NCBI GenBank assembly: GCA_963825055.1
Contig: CAWGSK010000013.1
Coordinates: forward strand, 128,001 to 192,000
Length of the DNA stretch: 64,000 bases
From: an uncultured Gemmatimonadales bacterium
GTDB taxonomy: Bacteria; Gemmatimonadota; Gemmatimonadetes; Gemmatimonadales; GWC2-71-9
Direction of reading: 5' to 3'
Shown here: piece after piece, positions 43,533 to 57,451 of the stretch
Position numbering within the stretch: the first letter of the stretch is position 1
Layout: every line of letters begins with the position of its first letter
Position numbers and translations under genes: made by a program
The notes under the pieces: model-generated
Told to the model about the DNA's origin: nothing
Databases searched by the model: none
What the model saw: only the letters and a program-made list of their open reading frames with translations

Positions 43533-43666
43533 GCGGTAAGCGGTGAGCGGTAAGCGGTAAGCGGGAACTGCCCCGCATTTCGAGATGGCTGCATGCCAGG
43601 CAGGTCCCGCTCACTGCTCACCGCTTACCGCTTACGCTGTTCCCATTATCGCTCACCACTTACGCT
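43533..43666. repeat. Heptamer GCGGT(A/G)A array with inverted copies
   Basis: 43533-43563 versus 43608-43637 and 43651-43666. Confidence 0.85.
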
Positions 43667-43681
43667 GTTCCCAGGAGTACC

Positions 43682-44539
43682 ATGTCCGCTCCCATAACAG
43701 ACATCCACATTCACATCCAGCCCTGGCGGCAGCTCAAGCCTGCGGTCATGGACGTGATGCGGAAGGGCAAGGAGGACCACTGGGAGCGGCTGATCGAGCT
43801 CATGGAGGACCCCGCGGCCCTGCTCGAGGTGATGGATGCGGGCGGGATCGACCGGGTCGGGCTCATCAACTACCCGAGTCCGGACCTGATGGGCTTTGAC
43901 AACTCCACCAACCAGTTCGCGGCGAACTATGCGACACACGACCCGGAGCGGCTGCTGCCGTTCGGCGGCGTGCATCCACGCTACACGAAGGACCCCGAGG
44001 GCGATGTCGACCGGCTGATCGGCATGGGGATCCGCTGCCTCAAGATCCATCCTCCGCACCAGCTCTTCCCCGCCAACGCCTACACCGAGGGGCTCGAGGC
44101 CCTGGGGCGGATCTACCGGCGCTGCGAGGAACGCGGCCTTCCGGTGATGATTCACACCGGAACGAGCGTCTTCCCCGGCGCGCGCTCCAAGTGGGGGAAT
44201 CCGCTCGAGCTGGACGACGTGGCGATCGACTTTCCGGACCTGCGTATCCTGATGGCCCACGGCGGACGGCCATTCTGGATGGACCAGGCGTTCTTCGTCC
44301 TCAGGCGGCACCGGAACGTGTACCTCGAACTTTCCGGTATTCCGCCCGCCCGGCTCCTGGACTACTTTCCCCGACTCGCCGAGCTGGCCGGGAAGACCCT
44401 GTGGGGCACCGACTGGCCCAGCCCCGGTGTCCGGGACCTCCGGCAGAACCTGGACCAGTTCCTCGCCCTGCCACTCGACCCTGCCGTACAGCAACGCATC
44501 ATCTCCGGCAACGCCCTGGCGGTCTTCCCGCCGGCCTGA
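43682..44539 (+). CDS. Amidohydrolase_2 family metallohydrolase
   Basis: DIHIH, KIHP, IHTG, AHGG, GTDWP. Confidence 0.9.
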   Translation: MSAPITDIHIHIQPWRQLKPAVMDVMRKGKEDHWERLIELMEDPAALLEVMDAGGIDRVGLINYPSPDLMGFDNSTNQFAANYATHDPERLLPFGGVHPRYTKDPEGDVDRLIGMGIRCLKIHPPHQLFPANAYTEGLEALGRIYRRCEERGLPVMIHTGTSVFPGARSKWGNPLELDDVAIDFPDLRILMAHGGRPFWMDQAFFVLRRHRNVYLELSGIPPARLLDYFPRLAELAGKTLWGTDWPSPGVRDLRQNLDQFLALPLDPAVQQRIISGNALAVFPPA

Positions 44540-44564
44540 CGGCCCACGAGCCCTGGAGCGCTTC

Positions 44565-45958
<1,394 letters not shown>

Positions 45959-45962
<4 letters not shown>

Positions 45963-47203
45963 AATACACCCTGCACTTCCTCCTGGCCGGTGTCCTGGCC
46001 GGCACGCCCGCCGCCGCCCAGACTGTCGCCATCACCGGCGGCACCGTCTATCCGGTGAGCGGCCCGAAGATGGACAACGCCACGGTGCTGATTCGTGACG
46101 GGAAGATCGTGGCCGTGGGTCCGGACGTGACCGTCCCCGCGGGCGCCACCCGGATCGACGCCACCGGCAAGTGGGTTACGCCGGGCTTCTTCCATGGGAA
46201 GACGACCGAGGGACTGTCGGTGGTGGGCTCGGTCGGCGAAACCAATGAGCAGTCCATGGAGGGCGACATCAACGCGTCGTTCAACGTGGCGGACGGGATC
46301 AATCCACGGGCGGTGACCATCCCCATCGACCGCCTCGAGGGCCTCACGACGGTGGTGAGCATGCCCTCGGGTCGCTTCATCCAGGGCCAGGCGGCCGTGA
46401 TCGACATGGACGGCGCGACGATCGGTGACCTCCTGGTGCGCTCCCCCGCCGGGATGGCGGTGGATCTCACGTCGGGCAGCAAGGGTGCGGTCGGTGGCAC
46501 CCGTGCCGGGCTGGTCGAACGGCTGCGGCAGCTGCTGGACGATGCGAAGGAGTACGCCCGGCGCCGTGACGATTACCGCCGGAACCAGATCCAGGAACTC
46601 TCCGCCACCGCCGCGGACCTCGAGGCCCTGCAGCCGGTGCTCGCCGGCCGGGAGCCCCTCCTCGTGACCGCGAACCGCGAGAGCGACATCCGCGCGGCCC
46701 TCGGCATCGCGAAGAGCTACAACCTCAAGATGGTGATCCTGGGAGGGCAGGAGGCGTGGACGGCGACCGATGCCCTGAAGACGGCCAACGTTCCCGTCGG
46801 CATCAACACGCTGATCAACACGCCTGACTTCGATGCGCTTGGCGCCCGGCTCGACAATGTCACGCTGGTGGCCGAAGCGGGCGCCCCGTATTTCATCATC
46901 GAGGGCGAAACCGGCGGGCCCCGGAACCTGCGCTACGCCGCGGGTGAGGCGGTGCGGAATGGACTCAGCTGGGAGCAGGCCCTCGCCGCCATCACCCTGA
47001 TGCCGGCCCGCGCATACGGCCTGGACGACCAGTACGGCTCCCTGGAACCGGGGAAGGTCGCCAATGTGGTCGTGTGGAGTGGGGACCCGCTCGACTTCCC
47101 GGCCGAGGCCGAGCACGTGCTGATCCGCGGGAAGGACATGCCGCACGAGAACCGGCAGACGGAACTGCGGGAACGGTACCGGGAGCTGCCGCCGAGCTAC
47201 TAG
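45959..47203 (+). CDS. Amidohydrolase-fold partner protein (metal ligands degenerate)
   Basis: Signal peptide, PGFFHGKT in place of DxHxH, GSLEPGKVANVVVWSGDP. Confidence 0.85.
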
Positions 47204-47344
47204 TGAGTAGTGAGTAGTGAGTAGTGCTTGGCTGTGGGGTCCTGCTCGGGCGTTCGGGCCATCTTGGGATGTGGGCTACCACGCGCCAGAACCACGCCTC
47301 CAAGCACTACTCACTACTCACTACTCACTACTCACTTCTCACTC
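47201..47344. repeat. (TAGTGAG)n and inverted (CTCACTA)n arrays between convergent genes
   Basis: 47201-47225 versus 47305-47344. Confidence 0.9.
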
Positions 47345-47747
47345 AGGCCGGCTCGCCTTCCCCTGCCGCGTCCGGGTCGCTCGAGGTCGCCTGGGTGGAC
47401 TCGTCGAGGTCGGGATGGCGGTCCTCGCCCGGCTTCTGCTCCTCCCCTTCCTCTTCCGACTCCACCGTCTCGACCTCGGCATTTATCGCGCCCATCTGCC
47501 GCTCGGTCTTGCGGATGGCCGCCTCCACCTCGTCCATGCGAAGGAGCAGGCCCTCGATCCGCTCGCCGGGCACCTCGCCACCGCGCTCCCGCTTGTGGTA
47601 GAGCCGGCCCAGGTCCATGGCGGTGGTGTCCCGCTTGCGGCGGAGGCGTAGCAGCTCGATCTGCAGCCGTCCCTCGTCGAGGGCGCTCTGTGCCCTGCGG
47701 CCGAAGGTCTCGAGTTCCTGGTTCAGGCGGGAAATGAGGGAGGACAT
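47343..47747 (-). CDS. Hypothetical coiled-coil protein
   Basis: Clean ORF with GAGG RBS and acidic tail. Confidence 0.7.
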   Translation of the reverse strand: MSSLISRLNQELETFGRRAQSALDEGRLQIELLRLRRKRDTTAMDLGRLYHKRERGGEVPGERIEGLLLRMDEVEAAIRKTERQMGAINAEVETVESEEEGEEQKPGEDRHPDLDESTQATSSDPDAAGEGEPA

Positions 47748-47868
47748 GGGGGCCTCGGGGTGAGCGTTAGTCGTTGAGTCGTTGAGTCGTTGAGTCGTTG
47801 GGCCTTACGATGGCGCGCCGGGAGATGTTTCAACCTGCACCGCCAAGCGCATTATCCACAAGTTAACC

Positions 47869-47897
47869 AAAGAAAAGGGGCGCCTGAAAGGCGCCCC
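47869..47897 (-). terminator. Intrinsic terminator after rpmA
   Basis: GGGGCGCC-TTTCA-GGCGCCCC followed by TTTTCTTT on the minus strand. Confidence 0.85.
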
Positions 47898-47921
47898 GTC
47901 ACACTGTGGAAACTCGCGGCG

Positions 47922-48191
47922 TCAGGCGCTCGCGGCGACCTCGGGATAGACCGAGACCTGCTTCCGCTTCTTGTCCTTATGCTCGAACTTCACCACGCCG
48001 TCGACCAGCGCGAAGAGCGTATCGTCGTGCGAGCGGGACACGTTGGTGCCCGGGTGGAACTTCGTGCCGCGCTGCTTGACCAGGATCATCCCGGCCCGCA
48101 CCTGCTCGCCGCCGAACTTCTTCACGCCGAGGTATTTCGGATTGCTGGTCCGACCGTTGCGGCTGCTGCCGACGCCCTTTTTATGTGCCAT
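47922..48191 (-). CDS. rpmA: 50S ribosomal protein L27
   Basis: [24 protein letters not shown]. Confidence 0.98.
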   Translation of the reverse strand: MAHKKGVGSSRNGRTSNPKYLGVKKFGGEQVRAGMILVKQRGTKFHPGTNVSRSHDDTLFALVDGVVKFEHKDKKRKQVSVYPEVAASA

Positions 48192-48195
48192 GCCG

Positions 48196-48510
48196 TTACC
48201 CGACCTTCACGTCAGTGATGCGGACCTCGGTGAACTTCTGCCGATGTCCGGTCTTGCGGCGATAGTTCTTCCGCCGCTTGAACTTGAAGACGTAGATCTT
48301 CTTTTCCTTGCCCTCGCCCAGGACCTCGGCCTCGACCGACGCGCCGGCCACGAAGGGGGCGCCCGCGTTGATCGCATCGCCATCCGACGACAGGAGGACT
48401 TCGTCGAAGGTCACGGTCTCGCCGGGTTCGGCGTCCATCCGGGGAATCCGGAGGACATCGCCCTTGCTGGCCTTGAACTGCTTCCCAAGTGCCTTGAAAA
48501 TCGCGTACAT
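48196..48510 (-). CDS. rplU: 50S ribosomal protein L21
   Basis: [28 protein letters not shown]. Confidence 0.98.
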   Translation of the reverse strand: MYAIFKALGKQFKASKGDVLRIPRMDAEPGETVTFDEVLLSSDGDAINAGAPFVAGASVEAEVLGEGKEKKIYVFKFKRRKNYRRKTGHRQKFTEVRITDVKVG

Positions 48511-48556
48511 GAGTCAATCCTGACGGTGGTCTGACTGGTCCGGAAACAAGCCCGTA

Positions 48557-48586
48557 AGTATAGTGGCAGGGCCGGGTTCGGGGCAA
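48557..48586 (-). promoter_or_regulatory. Sigma70-like promoter of rplU-rpmA
   Basis: TTGCCC-N18-TATACT. Confidence 0.6.
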
Positions 48587-48750
48587 GGGGGAGGGGAGGA
48601 GGCAACAGGCAACAGGGAACAGGGCTCCACGGCGGCCCGGAGTCCCTCTTCCCTCCTTCCCCATTCCCTCTTCCCTGTCAGTTCCCTACCTTCCGTCCAT
48701 CCACCGGAAAATGCGCCCGCCCCGCTCCGAACCCCCACTGGAGACCCGGC

Positions 48751-49206
48751 ATGATCAGTTTCCGTATCAATGGCAAGCGGGTGGAGGGCACCTCCTCCCC
48801 CGATACACCACTCCTCTGGGTCATCCGTGACGAGCTGGGCCTCCCCGGTACCAAATTCGGGTGCGGGATCGGCCAGTGCGGCGCCTGCACGGTCCATCTG
48901 GACGGGGAGGCGGTGCGCTCGTGCCAGACGCCCCTCTCGGCGGTGGCCGGGAAGTCCGTGACCACCATCGAGGGGCTCTCGCGCAACGGCGACCATCCGG
49001 TCCAGCGGGCGTGGGTGGCGGAGCAGGTCCCGCAGTGCGGCTACTGCCAGAGTGGGCAGATCATGTCCGCAGCGGCGCTGCTCCAGGGGAACCAGACGCC
49101 GACCGACGATGAGATCGACACCGCGATGGAGGGGAACATCTGCCGCTGCGGGACTTACCAGCGCATCCGGAAAGCCGTGCACCGCGCGGCGGGAGGTGGC
49201 CGATGA
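48751..49206 (+). CDS. (2Fe-2S) subunit, IorA-like
   Basis: [24 protein letters not shown]. Confidence 0.94.
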   Translation: MISFRINGKRVEGTSSPDTPLLWVIRDELGLPGTKFGCGIGQCGACTVHLDGEAVRSCQTPLSAVAGKSVTTIEGLSRNGDHPVQRAWVAEQVPQCGYCQSGQIMSAAALLQGNQTPTDDEIDTAMEGNICRCGTYQRIRKAVHRAAGGGR

Positions 49207-51352
49207 CCGCCAGCGGACTGAGCCGCCGGGACTTCGTCCGGGCCGGTGTGGCCACCGGGGCCGGGCTCACGATTGCCGTCCACCTCTCGGGCTGCGCGCC
49301 GCGCGGCAAGGAGAGCACCGCCGCGAAGCCCCGTTCCATCCCAACGCCTGGGTGCGGGTCGGCACGGACGGCATCGTCACACTCGTGGTGGACCGGTCGG
49401 AGATGGGACAGGGGGTAACCACGGCCCTGCCCCAGATCCTGGCCGAGGAGCTCGACGCGGACTGGAAGATGGTTCGGTTCGTCCAGGGACCCGCCGGCAA
49501 GGAGTACGTGAACCCTGCCTTCGGGATGCAGGGCACCGGTGGCAGCACCAGCGTGCGGGCCGCGCTGCAACCCCTGCGCGAGGCCGGCGCCCGGGCCCGC
49601 GCCATGCTGGTGGCCGCGGCCGCGCAGGAGTGGGGCATCGAGCCCTCGGCATGCCAGACCGCGAACGGCGAGGTGATCGAGGCAAACGGCCGGCGGCGGC
49701 GCTCCTACGGCGACCTGGCCCAGGCCGCGTCGGCGCTCCCGGTGCCGGAGGAAGTGACCCTCAAGGACCCGGCAGACTTCAAGCTGATCGGGAAGCCCGT
49801 TCCCCGGCTCGACATCGCCGACAAGGTGACGGGCCGGGCCGGGTTCGGAATTGACGCGACTGCCCCGGGCATGCTGGTGGCGGTGCTGGCACGCTGCCCG
49901 GCGTTCAGCGGCACGAACACGGGCTATGACGAGGCCGCGGCGAAGGCGGTGCCCGGTGTGAAGCACGTCGTGAAGCTCGATTCAGGGATTGCGGTGGTGG
50001 CGGACGGGTACTGGAATGCGAAAAAGGGGTGCGACGCCCTGAAGGCCACGTGGGACCGCGGCGCGATGGCGGGGGTCAGCAGCGAATCCCTCCGGCAGCA
50101 GTTCGTCTCCCTCGCCTCGAAGAAGGGCGTGGTGGCGCGCAACGACGGCGATGCCGACCGGGCACTCCGGCGCGCCGCGAAGCGGGTGGAGGCCGAGTAC
50201 GAAGTGCCGTACCTCGCGCATGCCACCATGGAGCCGATGAACTGTGCGGCCTGGGTCCAGGCCGACCGCTGCACGGTCTGGGCGCCCACCCAGTTCCAGT
50301 GGGGGCCGGGCAGCGGTGTGCAGGGCGTCGCCGCGCAGATCGCGGGCGTGCCCCAGGACGCGGTGGACGTCCAGACGACGTACCTGGGTGGCGGGTTCGG
50401 CCGCCGCTTCGAGCTGGACTTCGTGGTGGAAGCGGTGCAGCTCTCGAAGGCCGTCGGCGCGCCGGTCAAGGTGATCTGGCCGCGCGAGGACGACGTGGGA
50501 CATGATTTCTACCGTCCCGCCACGTACAACCGCCTCGCGGCAGGGCTGGACGCCGCGGGCACGCCGGTCGCCCTGACGCACCACATCGTGGGCCCGTCGA
50601 TCATGACCCGGTTCGAGGCGGCGTTCGGCCCGCTTCCGAACGGGCTGGACGCCAGCTCGGTCGAGGGCTCGGCCAACATGGGCTACGGCATCCCGAACCT
50701 GCGGGTGGACTGGGTCCGGGCCGACGTGGGCGTCCCCGTCGGCTTCTGGCGCTCCGTGGGCAATTCCCAGAACGGGTTCATCGTGGAGGGCTTCATCGAT
50801 GAGCTGGCCCACGCGGCCGGCCAGGACCCCTTCGAGTTCCGCCGGCGCCTCCTGGCCAACGCGCCGCGCCACCGCGGCGTGCTGGAACTGGCCGCGGAGA
50901 GGTCGGGGTGGGGCTCCGCCCTGCCCGCCGGCCACGCGCGGGGCATCGCCGTCGTGGAATCCTTCGGGAGCTACGTGGCGGAAGTGGCGGAGGTCTCGGT
51001 CGAGAACGGGAAAGTCCGGGTGCACAAGGTCACCTGCGCCATCGACTGCGGCGTGCACGTGAACCCTGACATCATCGCGGCCCAGATGGAGAGCGCCATT
51101 GTCTTCGGCCTCACCGCCGCACTCTATGGCGAGGTCACCATCGAGGACGGCGGGGCGAAGCAGAGCAACTTCCACGACTACCAGATGCTCAGGATCAACG
51201 AGATGCCGGTCGTCGAGGTGCATATCGTGCCGAGCACCGAGGGACCGGGCGGGGTCGGCGAGCCCGGCACCCCGCCGATCGCCCCGGCCGTGGTGAACGC
51301 GATCTACGCGGCGACGGGGACCCGGGTGCGGAAGCTGCCGATAAGGCTCTAG
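49203..51352 (+). CDS. Molybdopterin-binding subunit, IorB-like, Tat-exported (frameshift near 49328)
   Basis: SRRDF Tat motif, [31 protein letters not shown]. Confidence 0.92.
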
Positions 51353-51354
51353 AG

Positions 51355-51513
51355 GCGGTAAGTGGCAAGTGGCAAGTGGAGTCTCCACTCGCTACTTGCC
51401 ACTTGCTGGTTAAACAACCGGATCGGCAGTCGGCAGTCGGCAGTCGCGGTGGTACTCACCGCCCAGGCACCAGTCAGTAATCACTAGTCACTAGTCACCA
51501 GTCACTAGTCACT
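51355..51513. repeat. Mixed heptamer arrays (GTGGCAA with inverted copy, TCGGCAG, CACTAGT) between convergent genes
   Basis: Directly visible. Confidence 0.85.
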
Positions 51514-51518
51514 CCCCG

Positions 51519-53255
51519 TCAGGCCACCGCATACAGCTCCGTTACATCCCTCCCCGCCGGCCGGCTCATGAGCCGGAACTCATCCAGCCGCATCATCGGG
51601 TCGTCCCGGAGCTCCAGGTCCAGTCCGGTCTGGCGGATCAGGCCCTGCATGAGCCGGGGCTCCTCTTCCAGCAGGTAGAGCGCGACCTCCGGGTGCAGCC
51701 GGATCGCGAGCTGGCGTTCGCGGCGCTCGAGCCCGGCCCGGGCCAGCGAACGCTCCAGCCGGCGCGCCACGACCTCCGGCCGGAACACCCGACCGCTGCC
51801 CGAGCAGGTCGGGCACTCAATGGTCATGGAGTGCCAGAGCGAGGCGCGAACCCGCTGCCGGGTCATCTCGATCAGCCCCAGTTCGCTCACCGCGAACGCC
51901 TTGGTGCGGGCACGGTCCCGGGCGAGGTAGGTGCGGAGTTCCTGGAGCACTCGTTCCCGGTTCCCGCGCGATTCCATGTCAATGAAGTCGCATACGATGA
52001 TGCCGCCGATGTCCCGCAGGCGGATCTGGCGGGCAATCTCGCGCGCCGCCTCGACGTTGGTGCGGAGGATGGTCTTCTCCGGATCCTTCTTGCCGGTGTA
52101 GCGGCCGGTGTTCACGTCGATGGAGACCAGGGCTTCCGTCGGCTGGATCACGAGCGACCCGCCCGTGGGCAGTTCGCAGCGCGCCTTGAAGAGGTCGCGG
52201 ATCTCGCTTTCGATATCGAACTTCTCGAAGAGCGGCGTGGACCCCTCGTACAGGTGCACGCGGTCCAGCAGCTCGGGATCCACCTGCTCGAGGTATTGCC
52301 TGATCTCGCCGTTGACCGCCGTGTTGTCGACGTGCAGCGCATCCACCTTGGCGCTGAACACGTCGCGAATGAGGCCGCGGATCAGGCTGGTCTCCCGGTG
52401 CACCAGGGCCGGGGGCCGGACGAAGCGCTCCTTCTTGGTGACCTTCCGCCACGTGGTGAGGAGGGAGTCGATTTCCCGCTTGAAGTGGGCGTCGGTGACG
52501 CCCTCCGCGACCGTCCGCACGATGACACCGCCGCTGTTCTTCGGCAGCATCCCCGAGACCATCTCCCGGAGCTTTGCCCGCTGTTCCCGGCTCTCGATCT
52601 TCCGGCTCACGCCCACGCGCGACGCCCCGGGCATGTAGACCAGGAAACGCCCGGCCAGCGAGATCTGCGCGGTGACCCGGCAGCCCTTGGTGCTGATCGG
52701 CTCCTTGGTGACCTGGACGAGGAGGGTCTGCCCCTTCTTCAGGACATCCTGGATGTTGGGAGGCTGGCGGCGGGAGCCGTTCTGCCGGGATGGCTGGGGT
52801 GTCGGCGGTGGCTCGGGGTCGGGTTCGGCCTTCGCGGACCCGGCGGGGGCGTCATTTCCTGACTTGCCGCGCCGGCGGCGGCGGCTCCGCCGACCACCGC
52901 GCGAGCGGCCCCCACCACTCCCACCGGCGTCACCATCGGCCGGAGCCTGTCCGCCGGGTTCGCTGTCGCCCTCACCCGGCACGTCGGCGCTGTCGCTTTC
53001 CTCCAGCCCGTTCTCGTCGTCCTCCTCAGGCTCGAGGAGGTCGGAGGCGTGCAGGAAAGCACTCTTTTCCAGACCGATGTCAACGAATGCGGCCTGAATC
53101 CCCGGGATGACGGCTTCGACCTTGCCCTTGTAGATGTTGCCGACGATACGCCGGCTGTCCGGGCGGTCCACCAGCAGTTCGACCAGACGGTCGTCTTCCA
53201 GGATAGCCACGCGCGTCTCGCGCGGGCCCCCGTTGATGAGAATCTCGCGCTTCAA
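51519..53255 (-). CDS. Ribonuclease E/G family with Arg-rich insertion in the S1 region
   Basis: TTG start MKREILIN, GIQAAFVDIG, IDVNTG, LRDIGGIIVCDFIDM, CPTCSGSG. Confidence 0.93.
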   Translation of the reverse strand: MKREILINGGPRETRVAILEDDRLVELLVDRPDSRRIVGNIYKGKVEAVIPGIQAAFVDIGLEKSAFLHASDLLEPEEDDENGLEESDSADVPGEGDSEPGGQAPADGDAGGSGGGRSRGGRRSRRRRRGKSGNDAPAGSAKAEPDPEPPPTPQPSRQNGSRRQPPNIQDVLKKGQTLLVQVTKEPISTKGCRVTAQISLAGRFLVYMPGASRVGVSRKIESREQRAKLREMVSGMLPKNSGGVIVRTVAEGVTDAHFKREIDSLLTTWRKVTKKERFVRPPALVHRETSLIRGLIRDVFSAKVDALHVDNTAVNGEIRQYLEQVDPELLDRVHLYEGSTPLFEKFDIESEIRDLFKARCELPTGGSLVIQPTEALVSIDVNTGRYTGKKDPEKTILRTNVEAAREIARQIRLRDIGGIIVCDFIDMESRGNRERVLQELRTYLARDRARTKAFAVSELGLIEMTRQRVRASLWHSMTIECPTCSGSGRVFRPEVVARRLERSLARAGLERRERQLAIRLHPEVALYLLEEEPRLMQGLIRQTGLDLELRDDPMMRLDEFRLMSRPAGRDVTELYAVA

Positions 53256-53730
53256 GTTGATTGTCCCCGGCCGGGGGTCCGTCACCGGCCCTGTAGTAGT
53301 TCAGCCGGCGCCCCGCGGGACCATCCCCGGGGAGCGGCTGTATCCGATGAGCCACGTCACGACCCACCGGCCGTCCGGCCGGTGCGCAACGCGCTGATAT
53401 CCCGGAGGCCCGCCGCACCCGGGCGGCGGGCGTCGCTGCTGCAAACCTTCGCACCGTGGAACGCCGCCGTCCGGACAGGACCGGCGCGTCTGCCACCGCG
53501 CGCTGTGTATCAGGGGGTACGGCCGACCGGCCGCAGAGGAGCATCCCGATGGCCCCCACCAGCCGGTGCGCGAAGAAGCGCACCGAGGTGAAGGATGACA
53601 TGGATAGGGCCCGAGCCGGGATCATGGCTCTAAAAGTATGGGAAGTATGACGTTAGGGCAATACGCGAGGTGGGCGGGCCGGCGGTCGGGTGTGGGACGT
53701 CGAGGAGTGACCTGTACGCTGCGACCTCCC

Positions 53731-54386
53731 TCAGGCCCGTCGCCCGAGACTCAGCCGCCACCCGCTGGACAGCGCGGGATGGCTTGCAACTCGCCGCACG
53801 TCATAGCGATCCGAGCCACGGTCGATCCGGATTCGCCACGCCTCGGCGAGGCTGATGCCGACCTGGTCCACCGTCTCCCGCTCGAAGGGCAGGCCGGCGG
53901 CGGCCTGGCCCGGCTCCAGGACACGGCAATACCAGCCGGTCCGGCCGTTGGCCTCGATCTGCTGGATGAGGTCAGGGATTTTCAGCCAGCCGGCGAGGTT
54001 GCGGCAGGGTTGCCGGGGCTGCGTGACCTGCAGGAGGGCGCTTCCCCACCGGAAGGTGTCGCCGATGTGGACCACGTCCTCATCGAGCTGGGAGACGAGC
54101 AGGTTCTCGCCGAAGCTCCCCGGCGCGATCACCCGGCTCCACTCCGCGGCCCACGCGGAGAGATGGGCGGCCGGGTAGACGAACACGGCGCGCTCGGCGC
54201 CGCCGTGTTGGCTCAGGTTGGACTGCTCATCACCCGCGATGCCCAGCACCCCGACCAGCACCTGGCCACGGACGGGCTCCTTGAGCATCGCGGTGCGGAT
54301 CCGGCGACCGTCGATCTCACGCTCGGCGACCCGGCCGATCTGGAGGCCGAGCACCATGGGACGGAGACGATGCAGCGGTATCACCA

Positions 54387-54387
<1 letters not shown>
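53731..54387 (-). CDS. MOSC domain protein (YiiM-like)
   Basis: HGGAERAV, GSFGENL, QPRQPC, TGWYCRVLEPG. Confidence 0.9.
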
Positions 54388-55604
<1,217 letters not shown>

Positions 55605-55723
55605 GATCTCGGGGATTGGGGGTGCAACCAGCCATCTCCTACAGCACCGTGAAGATACACGGTTTCCCGGGTCGGGCCAAACCGCCTATCTTGCGCGGCA
55701 GGGGTCCTCCACCGGAGTTTTTC

Positions 55724-56899
55724 ATGCCTCGTCACGGCATTGCAGCGCGATCCTCCATCCGCTCCCGCCTCGCCCTCGGCCTGGCGGTCTCGCTCGCCGC
55801 CTGCGGCAGCGAGTCCGGCCCGTCCATGCCCCCCGAACTGGCCCTCGTGCCGGTCGACAGCATGTACGATTTCTCCGTGTTCGCCACCTCGCCACCAGGG
55901 GACACCCACCGGCAATTCATCCTCGAGCGCGGCGGCCGGATCGTCCTCCGGAAGGATGGCATCCGGCAGGACTCGGCGTTCCTGAACCTCTCCAGCCTGA
56001 CCGGGCAGGGCCACGAATACGGCGTGCTGGGCCTCGCCTTCCACCCCGCTTACGCTTCGAATCGGCGCTTCTTCGTCTATTACATCGACAACAATGCCGA
56101 CGCCCGCCTTGTCGAGTTCCAGGCCGACCCGGACTTCGACCATGCGAGCCCGATGATCGTCCACAGCCTGCTCACCCAGGCGGTGGATTCCGACGCGGTC
56201 CACTACGGCGGCACCATCGCCTTCGGGCCCGACGGGTATCTCTACGTCGGCATGGGCGACGGCACGACAGGCGGCACGCCAAGCTCGCCGGCCCAGGACA
56301 GCACCAGCATCCTCGGCAAGATGCTGCGACTCGACGTGAACGGCGGCACACCCTACGCCGTCCCACCCGACAACCCGTTTGTGGGGCGGCCCGGCTGGCG
56401 GGATGAGATCTACATGCTCGGTCTCCGGAATCCGTATCGGTGGAGTTTCGACCGGGCGAACGGCGACCTGTACCTGGGCATCGTCGGCGAGGACAACTGG
56501 GAGAGCGTGGCCTGGGTGCCCCGCCAGGCCCAGCCCGGCGCCAACCTCGGCTGGCCGATTGTCGAGGGCTCGCACTGCTACCGTCCGGCCACGGGCTGCA
56601 GTACGGCTGGCCTCACCCTGCCGGTGGTGGAATATCCCCATTCGGAGGGATGCTCCGTCACCGGTGGCTACGTCTACCGCGGCAGCACGATCCCCAGCCT
56701 CCGCGGCACGTATTTCTACGGCGACTTCTGCGGCGGCTTTGTGCGGAGCTTCCGCATCAGCGGCGGCACCGCGGTGGACCGGATGACCTACCCCGGGTTC
56801 GTCCAGGGCGACAACATCGTCGGGTTCGGTGAGGACGCCGCGGGCGAGATCTATGTGGTGTTCGCCAGCGGGAAGATCTGGAAGATCGTGGCCCAGTGA
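55724..56899 (+). CDS. PQQ-dependent glucose/sorbosone dehydrogenase family lipoprotein
   Basis: LAAC lipobox, LGLAFHP, HYGGTIAFGPDGYLY, GLRNPYR. Confidence 0.9.
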   Translation: MPRHGIAARSSIRSRLALGLAVSLAACGSESGPSMPPELALVPVDSMYDFSVFATSPPGDTHRQFILERGGRIVLRKDGIRQDSAFLNLSSLTGQGHEYGVLGLAFHPAYASNRRFFVYYIDNNADARLVEFQADPDFDHASPMIVHSLLTQAVDSDAVHYGGTIAFGPDGYLYVGMGDGTTGGTPSSPAQDSTSILGKMLRLDVNGGTPYAVPPDNPFVGRPGWRDEIYMLGLRNPYRWSFDRANGDLYLGIVGEDNWESVAWVPRQAQPGANLGWPIVEGSHCYRPATGCSTAGLTLPVVEYPHSEGCSVTGGYVYRGSTIPSLRGTYFYGDFCGGFVRSFRISGGTAVDRMTYPGFVQGDNIVGFGEDAAGEIYVVFASGKIWKIVAQ

Positions 56900-56941
56900 T
56901 CGCGGATATCGTGTCGAACCCTGCAGCCGGACGAGTGCCCC

Positions 56942-57328
56942 ATGAGTGACGCTGATCGCCTTCGCCAGCACCCCGCTGACCGGCTCGCCTCCGCGGTGCA
57001 GGTGGTCGACCTCCCCGCCACGGCCGCGCGGCTGCGCGACGAGGCCCATGCCCCCGTCGGGGGCCACCGCCAGATTGCTGTCGTCCGTGATGATGGTCTG
57101 ACCGTCATCCTCTTCCTCTTCGAGGCGGGGGGCCAGCTGAAGGAACACCGCGCCGAGGGATCGGTGACCATTCAGGTGCTGCAGGGCACGCTCGTGGTGG
57201 GAGCCGGGGCGGAGCAACACGAACTGGGGGAGGGGCGGATGCTTGCCCTGGCACCGGGCACCATGCACTCCGTCCAGGCCAGGGTCGCGGCCACCATGCT
57301 GCTGACGGTCTCCCGGCCGCGCGACTGA
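56942..57328 (+). CDS. Cupin domain protein
   Basis: LKEHRAEG..IQVLQG..HSVQA. Confidence 0.85.
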   Translation: MSDADRLRQHPADRLASAVQVVDLPATAARLRDEAHAPVGGHRQIAVVRDDGLTVILFLFEAGGQLKEHRAEGSVTIQVLQGTLVVGAGAEQHELGEGRMLALAPGTMHSVQARVAATMLLTVSRPRD

Positions 57329-57359
57329 CCGGCGCCTGAAGCGCGAGGCGGCCGGACAT

Positions 57360-57389
57360 GAAAGAGGCGGCCCACCGGCCGCCTCTTTC
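57360..57389. terminator. Hairpin between convergent genes, probable bidirectional terminator
   Basis: GAAAGAGGCGGCC-CACC-GGCCGCCTCTTTC, perfect 13-bp stem. Confidence 0.75.
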
Positions 57390-57451
57390 CTCTCCAGAAC
57401 CTGAGCCCGCCGGGATTGCCCGGCGGCCCGGTCAGGCGCGTGTCGCGGGAC

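Noticed and set aside
47852..47860. Perfect DnaA box TTATCCACA
   Set aside because: Single copy with no box cluster, AT-rich unwinding element or dnaA nearby; not an origin
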